Of a stretch of 64,000 nucleotides of DNA, positions 16,231 to 32,056 are shown piece after piece. Position 1 is the first letter of the stretch. Every line of letters starts with the position of its first letter. A program made the position numbers and the translations under genes. Below the pieces are notes generated by a model, which made no database searches, had not been told where the DNA came from, and saw nothing but the letters and a program-made list of their open reading frames with translations. The DNA lies in the NCBI RefSeq assembly GCF_009914755.1, contig NC_060932.1; one strand, written 5' to 3'. The DNA comes from the human T2T-CHM13v2.0 reference genome, Homo sapiens.

Positions 16231-16777
16231 TTTTCCCTAGCGGGACGCCTTTTCTCCTTCTGACCTCGGACATCAGACTTCAGGTTCTTCAGCCTTTGGA
16301 CTCTGGGGCTTGCACCAGCGGCTTCCGTGGGGCTGTCAGGCATTTGGCCTCAGGCTGGGAGCTGCTCTGCCAGCTTCCCTGCTTCTCAGGTTCCACACTT
16401 GGACTGGCTCACTGAGTTTGTGGGGCTTTTCATGTTCATAACATCATGATGCTCATCACATCATGAACCCTGAAATAATAAACAGTCTTCTCAAGATCGT
16501 TAAACACCTATTCTGCTGTCAGATTCTGTAGATATTGGAAGTGGCTTTGGGTTCATATAACTCTCGGGTGTGACTCCTAGCTCCTCTGTTTAGCAGCTGT
16601 TTGGCCTTCTGCAGTTGGCTTCTATCATTCCCCAGCTTGCAGAAATCATTTAAACCTATCTGGTGGAGGGATCTTACCTTTATGGTCATGTGAGCCAATT
16701 CTCTTTAATAAATTCCCTTTCAAATATATGTTTTCTATGGATTCTGTCCCTCTGGAGAAGGAAGCCTGACTAATACA
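16231..16777 (+). mobile_element. 3' half of MLT2 (ERVL) LTR carrying an inserted duplicate
   Basis: 'ggacatcagacttcaggttcttcagcctttggactctgg...gtgagccaattctctttaataaa...tctgtccctctggagaa...gactaataca'. Confidence 0.82.
16453..16617 (+). repeat. Inserted copy of 14271-14434
   Basis: About 21 mismatches and 1 gap over ~165 bp by manual alignment; interrupts the MLT2 LTR. Confidence 0.9.
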
Positions 16778-17717
16778 CCTATGATAAAGTGTAATTTATA
16801 AATGAGGCATAGTAAGAGTAACAACAATAAAAAAAAATAGAACATTATAACAATACACTGTAATAAAGTTACATGAATGTCTCTCTCAGGACATCTGATT
16901 GCACTATGCTCACCCTTCTTGTGCTGATGTGAGAAGATACAATGCCTTTGTGGTGAGATGAAGTGAGACAAATGAGTTAGAAATTGTGACATAGCATTAT
17001 TAAATAAAATAAGGGTGACGTGCATACAAGCACATCATAGTTCATGATAAGCACTGCCATATCATGACCATTGAGCTGATAACTGAGACAGTTGCTAGTT
17101 GACTCAGGGGTTGATGACATCTACAGTGTGGATTTGCTGGACAAAGGGATGATTCATACCTTGGGTGGGACAGAGCAGGACTGGGAAAGATTTTATCACT
17201 CTACTCAGAACAATGCACAATTTAAAACTTATGAATTGTTGATTTTGGGAATTTTCCATTTAATATTTTCAGTCTGTGGTTGACCTTGGGTAAATAAAAC
17301 TGGAAAAGAGGAGACAACTGTATTAGCTGGCAGAGAGAAAAATGGGACTTGCTTCCCTGAACAGCCCCCAGAAACTTAGTGGAAACCATAAAATTTTTAT
17401 GTTGCCCATTCATAGACACTCACATGTTGGGTAAGGGTGTGAGGCTTCTGGGGTTTCCACATTTACAGGATGGTCCAGGAGCTACCTCTACAGGACATGG
17501 CAAGACAAAGGCAGAAGCAAGTAAGTGTCCGGTGCAGGACCTTTGCAAGCAGTGAGCACTTGCTTAAATTTTACCCTGTGATTTCAAAGCCAGTCCCACA
17601 TTCCAATCGTACTCTGTTTTGTTGTTTCATTTTGTTTTCCATAGCTTCTAAGCGGGATGCCAAATCTGTAATTAACCAATCCTCAGGCTATACAATAATA
17701 GAAATAGTTTATATTAG

Positions 17718-18065
<348 letters not shown>

Positions 18066-18074
18066 GAAATATAT

Positions 18075-19220
<1,146 letters not shown>

Positions 19221-19297
19221 GAGACGGCATATTCTATAAGCAGTTGAGAATATCAGAGTACTAAGAAAATAATTCTGGAATAAGAATTATAAGGCCT

Positions 19298-19599
<302 letters not shown>

Positions 19600-21977
19600 T
19601 TACTACCCAGTCTGACACTACCTACCCAGGTAGTCATAGCTTTGGACAAGTCACACAGGTCTATAAAAACCTTTATTTAATTAACAATAAAATGGGAAAT
19701 TTTGATAACTAGATTCCATCCAGTTCTATAAATTGTTTGACAAAGAATTCAACGTGTACCTATTTAGACAGTTTGGATTTGGGGATGTTAAACTGTGTTA
19801 GAGCCAAGACTCAACTCCATTCCCTTTGCCATATATTCTGGAAGTGGTGCCTTACCTGTTTCTTTGCAATGAGCAGAAGTATTGGCAAAGCTATGTTTCT
19901 TAATGCTGGAGAGCTGCTTTATATAACCCTATCTAGAAGATAATGCCTTTTCCTCTACTAAAAATCTTGACAGAGACAAATCTTTTGACTGTAAGGAACC
20001 CCAGAGCTGTAATAACCGTTGATCAGTTGGGTTAGATTCTAGGAAGAAGATTCTCGTAGCATGCAGTTGGCCAGAGGGACCCCAACTGTCACTGCATTCA
20101 TGTCAATATGCAATTATGAAATAAAGCAGCAGGATGTGTACAGTTTGGTTTGAAAGTGAACTCTTAATCCAAAATCAAATTTCTCCTGGAGGGGCAGAGT
20201 ACTAGGAGGTGGCTTTCTTCTACTAAGTGAGCTGGGCTGTGTGGCCATCCAACCATATGCATGGAGAAAGAGCATATCTCAGTGGCATTGAGATTCTGTA
20301 GGATTGTACCTTAGCTTAACATTAAATTTAATCTTGTTTGGTAAATTCAAAATCATATATAATATGTAATAGCTCAGTTAACCCACAAGCATGCCTCTGG
20401 CAGGTACTATATGCCTGGCACTATGGGAAGTTTCAGAGGTATAGCTATAGCTGCAAAACTACAAGCTACTGCCCCTCCCCAGGAATAACTGATTATGCAG
20501 AACCTCTCATCTAAAACAACATTGCTATGAGTAAATATTTCATGACTGTAGAAAAAAAGTGGATGAATTTACCTAATTGTAGGTGACCTAGGAAAAGTTT
20601 CTTACACTTTCTTTGTGTCCACTACTTTATCTGATAAAATGGAAATAATAATAATAATACACACTTTTAGCGTTTATTAGGAAGATTAAATGAATTGATA
20701 CAGAAAAGTGCTCAATAAATGTTAGCCTTTATTATTAGTTGGGAGATAAAATACTTATGCACATAAAAAACAAAAGATAAAATTCTGTGATGAAATAATA
20801 AATGATCCATCATAGGCAAGTAGAAAATAGGTGAACTCTGTTAAATTGGGATTTCCTGGGGTGAAATAGATAAAGCACAAAGACAAATTGACTAAGAGAA
20901 GCATCAGTATGGGTGGAGCTTATGCTTGGATGGGGCCTGGAAGGATGAGTGGGAGGTGGCTGGGCAGATGGAGGGGATGGCAAGATGGTAAGCTGTGAAT
21001 GATTGAAACTTCAGTATCAGTTTACTACACACATGAATATTTAAGAATTCAACTTTCAGGGTGCTATAGAAATCTACATATACAATGTTGAGATAAATAT
21101 GGGCTTGTATAAGTTGAATTATTGGAGAGACTCTATCTTCATGTTATTGTGTGCACTCACATACACGCACGTGCTTCAGTTTTCAAATGCATAGCATGGA
21201 GCAGGCATGAATCACATCTTCCCCAGTGATTCAGGAACAAGGGATAAATATGATCTCCTAATAATTTTGTACATTTGTTTTTAATAATGCTAGATTACAT
21301 CCTAAAATTTGTCCAGCTATTCTCAAATATAATCAAGTATACTAAAATCAGTAAGGTAAGATAAATTATAATTTATTAATTACATCAAATAGTATGTTTT
21401 GAGGTAATTGCATACCCAGTAAGGGGATCACTTCTGAGAGTATCAACAGTGATACAGGAAGGGTGCACATGAACTGGGGGAGGGACTATGGTAAGATGAC
21501 TATAACACCCTAAGGGTTAACATGAAGAATAAGAGACTCTGAAGTACTAACACTTCCCTCAAGTATCATGACAATGCGTTACATCTTTATTTACTCAACA
21601 CCTATCAGTTGTTGACTATATTACATGATGAAGATGCAGCACAGATTAGAAAGAAACATGCTCTGCCTAGCTGCTTAATCAATATTGTATGATTAAGTTG
21701 TCTAATCACAGTATATAATTATACATCTTTGTAGAGCATAAAAGAAATGTACAAAGAGTACATTTCAGGGTCCCTGTAGCTACTTGGGGGAAGGATGAGC
21801 AGAGTTTGTTAGTGTAACAGCTACAACTGTAACCCATCTAGCATACAACTGGAAAATTCCTTTGTTGTTTTCAGAGAGGAAGACAGAAATTCTAGTCATC
21901 TTTGGACAAGATGAGGGAAAAGTTGGCTGACTTTGGGCTCTGGCTACCATGAACTCATGTTAACAAAGGGCCTCCAT

Positions 21978-22278
21978 GGTCAGGTGCGGTGGCTCATGCC
22001 TATAATTCCAGCACTTTGGGAGGCCAAGGCAGGCAGATTGCTTGAGCTCAGGTGTTTGACACTAGCCTGGGCAACATGGTAAAGCCCCATCTCTACCAAA
22101 TACAAATAAATTAGCTAGACATGGTGGTGCATGTCTGTGATCCCACCTACTCAGGAGGCTGAGGTGGGAGGATCACTTGAGGCCGGGAGGGGGAGGTTGC
22201 AGCGAGCCAAGATCATGCCACTGCATTCCAGCCTGGGCGACAGAATGAGACCCCATCTCAAACAAAACAAAACAAAAC
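21978..22278 (+). mobile_element. Old Alu (J-like)
   Basis: 'gcttgagctcagg...gcctgggcaacatgg', 'gaggtgggaggatcacttgag'; (AAAAC)n tail; TSD acaaagggcctcc. Confidence 0.9.
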
Positions 22279-23099
22279 CACAAAGGGCCTCCTCAAATCA
22301 TTCACATGTGTCCTCAGGGCAAGAGATGTGTGGGATTATTTGGCCAAGCCACAATCTCTAACGCCTCCTTCTCATGTCCATCTGTGTGCACAAATAGACA
22401 CACACACACACGTGCGTGTATGCACACACACTCATCAAAGCCATATCTGCTGCCTGTGCATCGAGAAATAATTGCCAGTGTTGCCCCCTGCCCTTCTTCA
22501 TTACCCATGCAAAAGGTAGAAGAGCTCAATTCATCACAAAAGCCTGGGGCTGCGCAAGAAGTCTTGAATTTGTCCAAGCCTCCCCGACATTGCCCAGGGC
22601 AGAGAAACCAGATCTGCTGCTTGAGTCTCTCACAGATCAATTTTCAGGATTAAGCAGAAATAATCCTCCAGGCTGAAATGAAATATTCTACAGGACAACT
22701 CAGCTGCCAATGCATATATTCCATACACCCCAAACTGTGGGCAATTGAGCAATTCCTATTTTGCAATGATAAATACAAACAAATACTTATTGAATGTCTA
22801 ATAGATCTCTGTGCTATATTTGCACTGGGCATTGCTGGAATAAAAAAGATTGTGAAGGTGCATACAGCCTGATGTAAAATGCCCATTAATTAGGTAAATT
22901 ACAGGGTGGTGAGTGCCTCCCAGGGGGGTACCTTGAGAGCATATGGCCTCTACGTGGATGTGATTCTTAGGCTGAAGGACGAGAAGGGCTTAGGTGAGAG
23001 AAGGGTAGTGGGCAGGAATATCTTAATGTTCCAAACTGAGGGAACACAGGTAGATAAGAACAAATTGGGGAAGAAAGGCGGTTAAAAATTTGAGTCCTG

Positions 23100-23564
23100 G
23101 ACAGGATTTGTCTGTTTGATTCTGAATCCACTTCCTGTGAGTTTGCTGTCATCCTCAAGGTACTGCCCCATAGGGATGACATCAAAAGGTTCATTTGCCC
23201 TGGGCTTCTGTTTGGCCAATAGGGAGTTTTGGCAGATATAAGAGGGAGGGTGGAAAGTGAGTGCAGGCTATTAGTACCTTTTCTTTTTCTAGGTTGCCTT
23301 GGGCTGATAGTGTCCTTTGATCAAAGGTCACTACTCCTTTCAAAGTGGCATTCTCTGCCTACTTCTGCCTTGCCTGGTTGGGATAGCTCATTCTCTCTTC
23401 ATCCCTTCTGGCCTAACTGATAGCCTGTTACTGGTCCCAGGTAACTGTATGGATCTTCGGAGACGCCCTACACCTAGCTGCACCATTGTCTGTGGCCCAT
23501 TTATCATCTTAATATTTTAATTTGGATGTGCCATCTGTTTCCCATTAGGATGCTAACTGATGCA
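23100..23564 (+). mobile_element. LTR33-like ERVL LTR
   Basis: 'tttggccaatagggag...ggcagatataagagggagg'; terminal 'tgtgccatctgtttccc...ctaactgatgca'. Confidence 0.6.
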
Positions 23565-23599
23565 GTTATAGAGCTGAATTCTGTGCAGAATAGCTATGT

Positions 23600-24026
23600 A
23601 ATGATCTCAAAACCAAAGAAACCTCAGTTTGTCTGAATCCCTTTTAACCAGGAGTGGTCATACAACATAATTCAGGCCAGTGAGATGCAGCCAAGCATTG
23701 TAAAGGGGAGATTTCTAGAAATGTTCTTTAAAAAGGGGACTGTCCCAGATGGTTTGCCTCTCTGTTTCTTTAGCTCTTTATTCTCTTTTTTTCTTGGACA
23801 GTGGACACAGTGCCCACATTTTGAGCCTCAAATGAAAGCAACAAACTAAGGATGGAGCAGAGAGCCAAGAAGGAGTCTGTGAGCTTAAGGCATTGAAAGG
23901 TCACAGTACTAACTGTGGCCTGTTAATTTCCAGATTATAGTTACATAAGGAAAATAAACCCACATGTGAACGAGTCACTGTGATTGGGTTCCTGTCCACA
24001 AGCAGCCGATACAATCATAACTGATA
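23600..24026 (+). mobile_element. Old MLT1 (I/J-like) LTR
   Basis: 'ggtcatacaacataattcaggccagtgagatg...aaaataaaccc...gcagccgatacaatcataactgata'. Confidence 0.55.
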
Positions 24027-24210
24027 GTACTTTTCTCCAATTCTGCTTGCCTTATACTGGATGTATATATAATTTTCCTGACTTCTTTCTGTTTCAATGG
24101 CTCAAGTCTGGAACTCTGTTTATTGGCTTCTCTAGCTTTTGATAACACTTCTTCTGGCTTTTCACTTCCAGGTTCCTCAATCTTGTGCCTTTTCAGACTA
24201 CCTACCTAGA

Positions 24211-25331
<1,121 letters not shown>

Positions 25332-26379
25332 GGACTACCGATCTAAAAACTAGGCTCTTTTACTAACTCCAGGATATTTGCTGGTAAACCTTTGTGTGCA
25401 GCTCTCTGAAACAGCTCCAGAATTCTTGACTCTAGGAAGAAAATGGTACATAGCAAGTTAATGTAGTAGAATACTTACTGCAGTTGAAATCAGAGGATCT
25501 GGATTTATTTCTCTATTATTTTCTGCTTTGTGACCAGGGGCAAGTTTAGTCATCTCTCTTAGACTCAGGTTTTATCATTAAAAAAATGTGATAAGCTGGT
25601 TTTACTTATGCCATAAAGTTGTTGTGAGATTAAAAATCAAATAAAAATGTTTTTCAGCTTTGAAAACAGCCCCGCAGCATCATAATGCAAGCATTATTAT
25701 TAAAATCTGGGAATGACGGTGCTAGGACATTGGGTAAGAGCCAGGACATCTGGATGGTTATGAGCCTAGAGGAGTCATTTAACCTTCTGATACTTCAGGG
25801 TTTCCAGTAGCTAAATAGTGATATTATTAACATCATCTGCCTCACAGGGTTTTAGGATATTTACTATCCCAAATAAAGCTGCCTTGGGACATTTGACTTT
25901 TTTTTCTCATTGTTGAGGTCTTAGCTAGTGATATAATAAGAAGTGAGGGATCCACAAATAAATTAGGTCAGAAATTACCTTATTATTGTAAAATACAGGA
26001 ATCTGGATATTTCTTGCAATCCTGTTTATTTTCTCCTCTGGAGCTGGAGAAAGGAGGCATTTGGCAGATATTTCCTTTTGTCTGAATCTGGCTTTCTCTC
26101 CATTTCATTTGGCACTTTCTCTACTTACGAAAGCCATGGGTAATTAACTTCCATCTACTAAGTCACTGAGGTCCTCTGCACTACTTCCTCAAGAATTAAT
26201 TTCTAAAATGAACTGCCAGCTAGGTTTTCCTGCACTTAAGCGGTAAACTCCTGCAAGCTACCTGCCAAGAGAACATGGTATAAGGGGGTATTGCACACAC
26301 ACACACAATGTGTATAGCACCAAAAATGGGCTGGTTAACATAAAAGGTGGGGTGGCACAGCCATTTTAGAGCCCAACGC

Positions 26380-26575
26380 TGGAGCTGGACTTCGTGGATT
26401 TGAACCCCATCTTCTGATTGCGTGACTTTGGGCAAGTTACCTGATTTTCTCGTACATCTATTTTCTCTTCTAAAAAATAGGAATGATGAGAGTACCATTT
26501 ACATAAGTTTGTTGTAAAGATCAAATCACATTATAGACAAAATGCTTAGAACAGTACCTGGCACATGGTAAGATT
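26380..26575 (+). mobile_element. MIR SINE
   Basis: 'gtgactttgggcaagttacct...aaatgcttagaacagtacctggcacatggtaag'. Confidence 0.75.
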
Positions 26576-26811
26576 ATATGGGGTTTTCCTATCCTGGCCA
26601 TCAGACTAGAGATCCATGTTTGGAAACTCAGATCCCTCCAGGAGCCAGAGAGGTGATAATAGCAGATGTGGGTACTCTGGAAATTGCAGTAACCAGAGAC
26701 TGCAGATCCCATCCAGAGCAGGCAGTTGATACTCTGCTCCACTCCATTATTACCAAGGTGAGAATGTGGGCCAACTGTGTCAGAGGATTCAATTACTTAA
26801 GCTAAGCTAGA

Positions 26812-26928
26812 GGCTGGCTGCAGTGGCTCACACCTGTAATCCCAGCACTTTGGGAGGCCAAGGCAGGTGGGTCCCTTGAGCCCAGGAGTTCAAGATCAGC
26901 CTTGGTGTCAGAGCAAGACCCCCTCTCG
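26812..26928 (+). mobile_element. Alu left monomer (FLAM_C-like)
   Basis: Single arm ending 'gagcaagaccccctctc', followed directly by a purine tail. Confidence 0.85.
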
Positions 26929-26948
26929 AAAGAAGAAAGAAGGAAGGA

Positions 26949-27004
<56 letters not shown>

Positions 27005-27069
27005 GGGAAGGAAGGAAGGAAGGAAAGAAAGAAAGAGAGAAAGAGAGAGAGAGAAAGAAAGAGAGAGAG
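26929..27069. repeat. Compound (GAAA)n/(GGAA)n/(GA)n polypurine tract
   Basis: About 140 nt of A/G only. Confidence 0.95.
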
Positions 27070-27599
27070 ACGAACTAGAAATTTTATTTTCACTGTAATT
27101 TCAAATATTAAGTAATTTAAAAACCTTTAACACTGTACTTACACCAAACAAGACATAGCCAAGGGCTGAATTCAGCCTACAAGCCTCTGGTTTACAATAT
27201 TTGCATTAGAAACGCCTAGAGTAGATGGGCATCTATATAACTCAGCTTTGTAATTTCATGTACTGTTTCCCAACCGCTGGGTTCCTAATCTTGGAAAAAT
27301 CTGCTTGAGCCAGGACTGCACCTGCATCTTGAATTGAATAAACTGGTACTGGAAAGAGGAGCATGAGCACCTGCTGTGTGCCAGCTTGTGCCAACAACTG
27401 AAAAATGTGATCTTACTACTGTCTCATAAAGAGGTGCAAGGTGGGCACGCCCATCCTGGTTTCATAAATGAGATAACCCAGACTCAGAGAGATTCAGCAA
27501 CATGCCCAAGTTTATGTGGCCACAGTTGACAGAGCAGAGATTCACATTCAGATCTGTCTGACACCAAAGCCCATGTACTTGACCACTTCATAAAATGGC

Positions 27600-28017
27600 T
27601 TGTCAATTCAGTTAAACATATGCAGATAATGTTAGCCACTGATACAATACATACATTCCAAAGTCTTCATGGCTTAATCCAGTTGTAGGTTATTTCTCAC
27701 TTACCCAACACCCAAAAGTATGTATCTGACCAGCAGGCAGCTTCTCGCCAATCATTCAGGAACCATCTTCTAGCTCAGCTCTCTTTTACCGTGGTTGCCA
27801 ACAGGAGAGTGTGGGGAAGAACATGGAGTATATCACACCAGAGGGATTTATGGGTGGGGCTTGGGAGTGGTGCGTGTCACTTCCAAGCACATGCCACGTC
27901 TCTGAGTCCAGACACAGACCACACAGGACAGGGCAAGGGAGGCTGAGAAATGTCATCAAGATATGACCCAGAAGGAAGAGAAAACCAGGTTTGGTGAACA
28001 TCTAGACATCTCTGGCA
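27600..28017 (-). mobile_element. Old MLT1 (K/L-like) LTR
   Basis: 'catggcttaa...ttatttctcacttac', 'ggaggctgagaaatgtc...gaaggaagagaaaaccaggtttggtgaaca'. Confidence 0.55.
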
Positions 28018-28058
28018 AAGAAGTTTGGCTGTCAATATTCTTATCTAAAAGGCAATAA

Positions 28059-28367
<309 letters not shown>

Positions 28368-30021
28368 GGCAATAATTTTTTTAACCACCTGGATCCAGTG
28401 CATTCTTCCTTGGGGAGTCTTTGTAATTAGATCATGGGATTTTCAGCCTATTTTGTCCATGAGGTGATGATGAAGTCTCATCAGTAGCTATATTCCCATG
28501 AACATGTTTGGCTTTTTCTGCATTAGCATATTACAGAGGTCTTTTCTTTCTGATAGTTTATAACCTCAAAAAAGTTATGATGTGGACAGTCCCTTTAAAT
28601 CCCATAATCCATCATCAATGATAGTATTATGTAGTAACTCCCACTTTTAAATTGAATTTTAGTGCTCTCCATTAACAGTTCACTAGAGAGAAATGACAAA
28701 TAATTTCATGGCTCAAGAGCAAAAGACATATGAATTCAGCAAAAACCCACAGGGTCTGGCAGCAGTGATCAGTAGGGGGTGAACAAAATATGTAGCCTTT
28801 AAATTAAGGCTATTTGCTTTCCATCTTTCTAATTGCACAATTTAGTATCACAAAGGATCATTAGCGCATCTTTTTTAGAAGAGTGTTTTGCTATTGTCCT
28901 GGATTAAGAGTGTGTCTTCTTGCTGCTGTTGTTTCTCGTTGCCCCATGTTTGTTTACAGGCAGAGGAGACTGGAGCCTTAAAAGCTGAAAATCTTTGCTT
29001 CAATGTATCAACCAATTTCCCATTCTCATTGAAAAGAAGATGTTCCAGGGTCCCTCATTTTTTTCTTTCCATGAGGTTTTTTTTTTTTTTTATTCCTTTT
29101 AAACTCTTCAAGAAAGAATAGCACTTTAGGCTCAGTTTATTGGGAAGATTTGTAAATGCATCCAGAATTGGCTTCCTCATACAATGTCCTTTTTAAACGC
29201 GAGGAACATCCCCCTAGGACATTGTATGCACTCAGCACAGCTCCCTCTGCACTAGCCACATCAGGAAAAGAGGGCAGGATGACTGTCTTATGTAACCTCC
29301 ACCTCTGGGCCTCTACAGAAAGAAGAAACTAGTAACTTTATTGAGATTTATCCCTTGTCTATAGGAATAAGCCCCTACCCAAACTACAGGGACGTCACTC
29401 CATAGCTGGCCATTGTTTGACCTCCAAATACTCTGGGCACCACGTATGAAAGGGAAATCTAATGATGATGTAAGAAAAGCTAACAGCATTATTTGTTCAT
29501 TGTTAGGAAGTGAAGAAATTTCAGGTCCTGACATTCCTGTCAATCTCATAAGAAGCTATTCTCCATTCAGCCCCTGGCAAGAGGTATAATTCCATCGGAA
29601 TCCACAGAGGTTTGATGATGGTCTGAACACCATCTTACTGTGTCATTTGTTGAAAATCAGGTCACTCACCTGTTCCAGAGAGCCCCCGATATGATCAGAG
29701 AAAGCTTCAGAACCGTCTTGCTCTGCTGCTACTCTCACCCTGAGAAGATCCTCAGTCTGACTCCTGGCAATGTGGTAACACAGCTCGGAGAACCAGAAGG
29801 TTAAAGTCTTCACATCCCCTTCTAGAGTTCGTCTGCTTCAAAACCATTTGCCCCTCCCAGACACTATATCCGCACTTATTCTTAGAAATAACTTGACCAT
29901 CAGCACCGTTTTATAGAACACTTACTATGTGCCAGGCATTGTTCCAACTTTCCTATAAATATTACAAAACCAAAATATCTTTTATGTAACCATGTTGTAT
30001 ATTAAAGACTCATATCTGTTA

Positions 30022-30350
<329 letters not shown>

Positions 30351-31546
30351 TAATTCATTTGTTCCTTTATTCACCAGGGCACTCCATTCGCAATAGTGAC
30401 AGCTGCCATAGGGTTTCAGCATTTCGGAGTCTTACCAAACATTAGCAAGCTTATTGTCGTCATACTATCCATGGACATTATGGGAGCCAGCAATTTGTTG
30501 TCTAATGTTCAAGTCAAAATAATACAATATGTCAAAGCTTTATATGGGCTAATGTTTGTTCCTCATTTCACAGTATTTTCACAATCTCCACTTCAATGTC
30601 TTTCTGCAGACCAAAAAAAAAAAAAAAAATCTTATGACAAGTGAATCTTCATTCTAAGCAGTGAAAGAAAGGAAATGTACAAATATCATATTTACCTATG
30701 CAGTTAAAGATGTTTTATCCTTGAAGATCTCAATATAGAGACTGTATCTTTTCCTTGCTGGCTCTTACAGACTTGCAATAGGCAGCAACAGCTCATAAAT
30801 ACTACAAAATTATTCAGCTTTTTAAGGTGCTGCTCCCAAGATACTATTGCTTACATCTGATACTGTTAGCTGTATTTCTTCCCAAATGCCTGGCATCAAT
30901 ATGATATAATACCAACATTATGTAAATTCTACATCTAAAAGGATGGAAAACAAAGAATCTTAGCACCTCTATTAAAAATATTCAGAAATATCTTTTGTCT
31001 TTGGGCCTAAAATATTCAGAAATAAATAAAATGCAGGTTAATTAGGAAAACATAGAATCTTAGAAAACAAAACACTGAAGATAAAGAACAAAGGGAAGGA
31101 AAATGCAGGCCTGAGTAGGTTGGAAGCTCATTTGATGAATTGAGACATCTTTTTCTTTAACACACCAGTATGGCCTGATGTAATTGATAACCAATTTGTT
31201 ATGCCTAATCCCAGCAGAAACCTATCATCCACATCTACTATGTAATTGCTCTAAGAGTAGGAACAATTTCATTTTAGCTGGAGACCTAGACATAGAAACA
31301 CATCATTTTAGTACACACAACATAGTACAGTAGTGATGTAATGCAGCTAGTAGGAGAGAATTTTTTAAAATACCTGAGGGGTAATCCTTAACCTAATTAC
31401 TACTAACAGACGCAAGCTTCTCCTCCATCTAAATTCTTGGAAATGTTGTCAATGACTTTTCAAATTGCTGGTCACAGTCTTTGTTGATTCTATTTCTCTT
31501 CCTATTGGAAGAATTGGTTTTAGTTGTCATCTCCGTTCCCTTTTTC

Positions 31547-31593
31547 TTAAAAACCTGTACAGTTCATGCTATTAAAAACCTGTACAGTTCATG
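31547..31593. repeat. Perfect 22-bp direct repeat with 3-bp spacer
   Basis: ttaaaaacctgtacagttcatg at 31547-31568 and 31572-31593. Confidence 0.9.
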
Positions 31594-31787
31594 ATGACTT
31601 CCATACTCATCACCACCAAAGAGTTCTCTATGTTGCTGATTCCAATTGGTGTTATTTAGTACTGTTTTTCTCAGCCTCTCATAAAGATGACTGGCTTGTA
31701 TGGTTATCCTCCCAATCTTCTAGAATTGAGTTGTCTTTTTCTTGTTGAGTTGGAGTTCTTTATTATTCTAAATATAAGTCCCTTATT

Positions 31788-31788
31788 T

Positions 31789-31819
<31 letters not shown>

Positions 31820-32056
31820 ATGTATATAAGGTGCATATATATATTTAAGGTCACCCAGGTTGGAGAGCAAAGGCACAATCTTGGCTCACTGCAACCTCTG
31901 CCTCCTAGGTTCAAGTGATTCTCGTGCTTATATATATAAGGGGTGTGTATGTGTGTGTGTGTATATATATAGTATATATATATACACATATATAATAAGT
32001 TTTATATATAAGGTGTGTGTGTGTATATATATATATACACACACACATATATATAC
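31788..32056. repeat. Compound (TA)n/(TG)n/(CA)n microsatellite containing a 78-bp Alu fragment (31849-31926, minus strand)
   Basis: Dinucleotide runs flank 'ggtcacccaggttggagagc...tcaagtgattctcgtg'. Confidence 0.9.

Larger units (their letters stand above)
15891..17320 (-). mobile_element. MER44 (Tigger7-type) DNA transposon, interrupted at 16012-16777
   Basis: TIR-like ends 'cagcagcttccccttaccc' and 'aaagaggagacaactg', both flanked by TA; internal 'ttaaaacttatgaattgtt...ggaattttccatttaatattttc'. Confidence 0.85.

Noticed and set aside
31547-31593. CRISPR-like or other prokaryotic array
   Set aside because: Only two copies with a 3-nt spacer, in clearly primate DNA.
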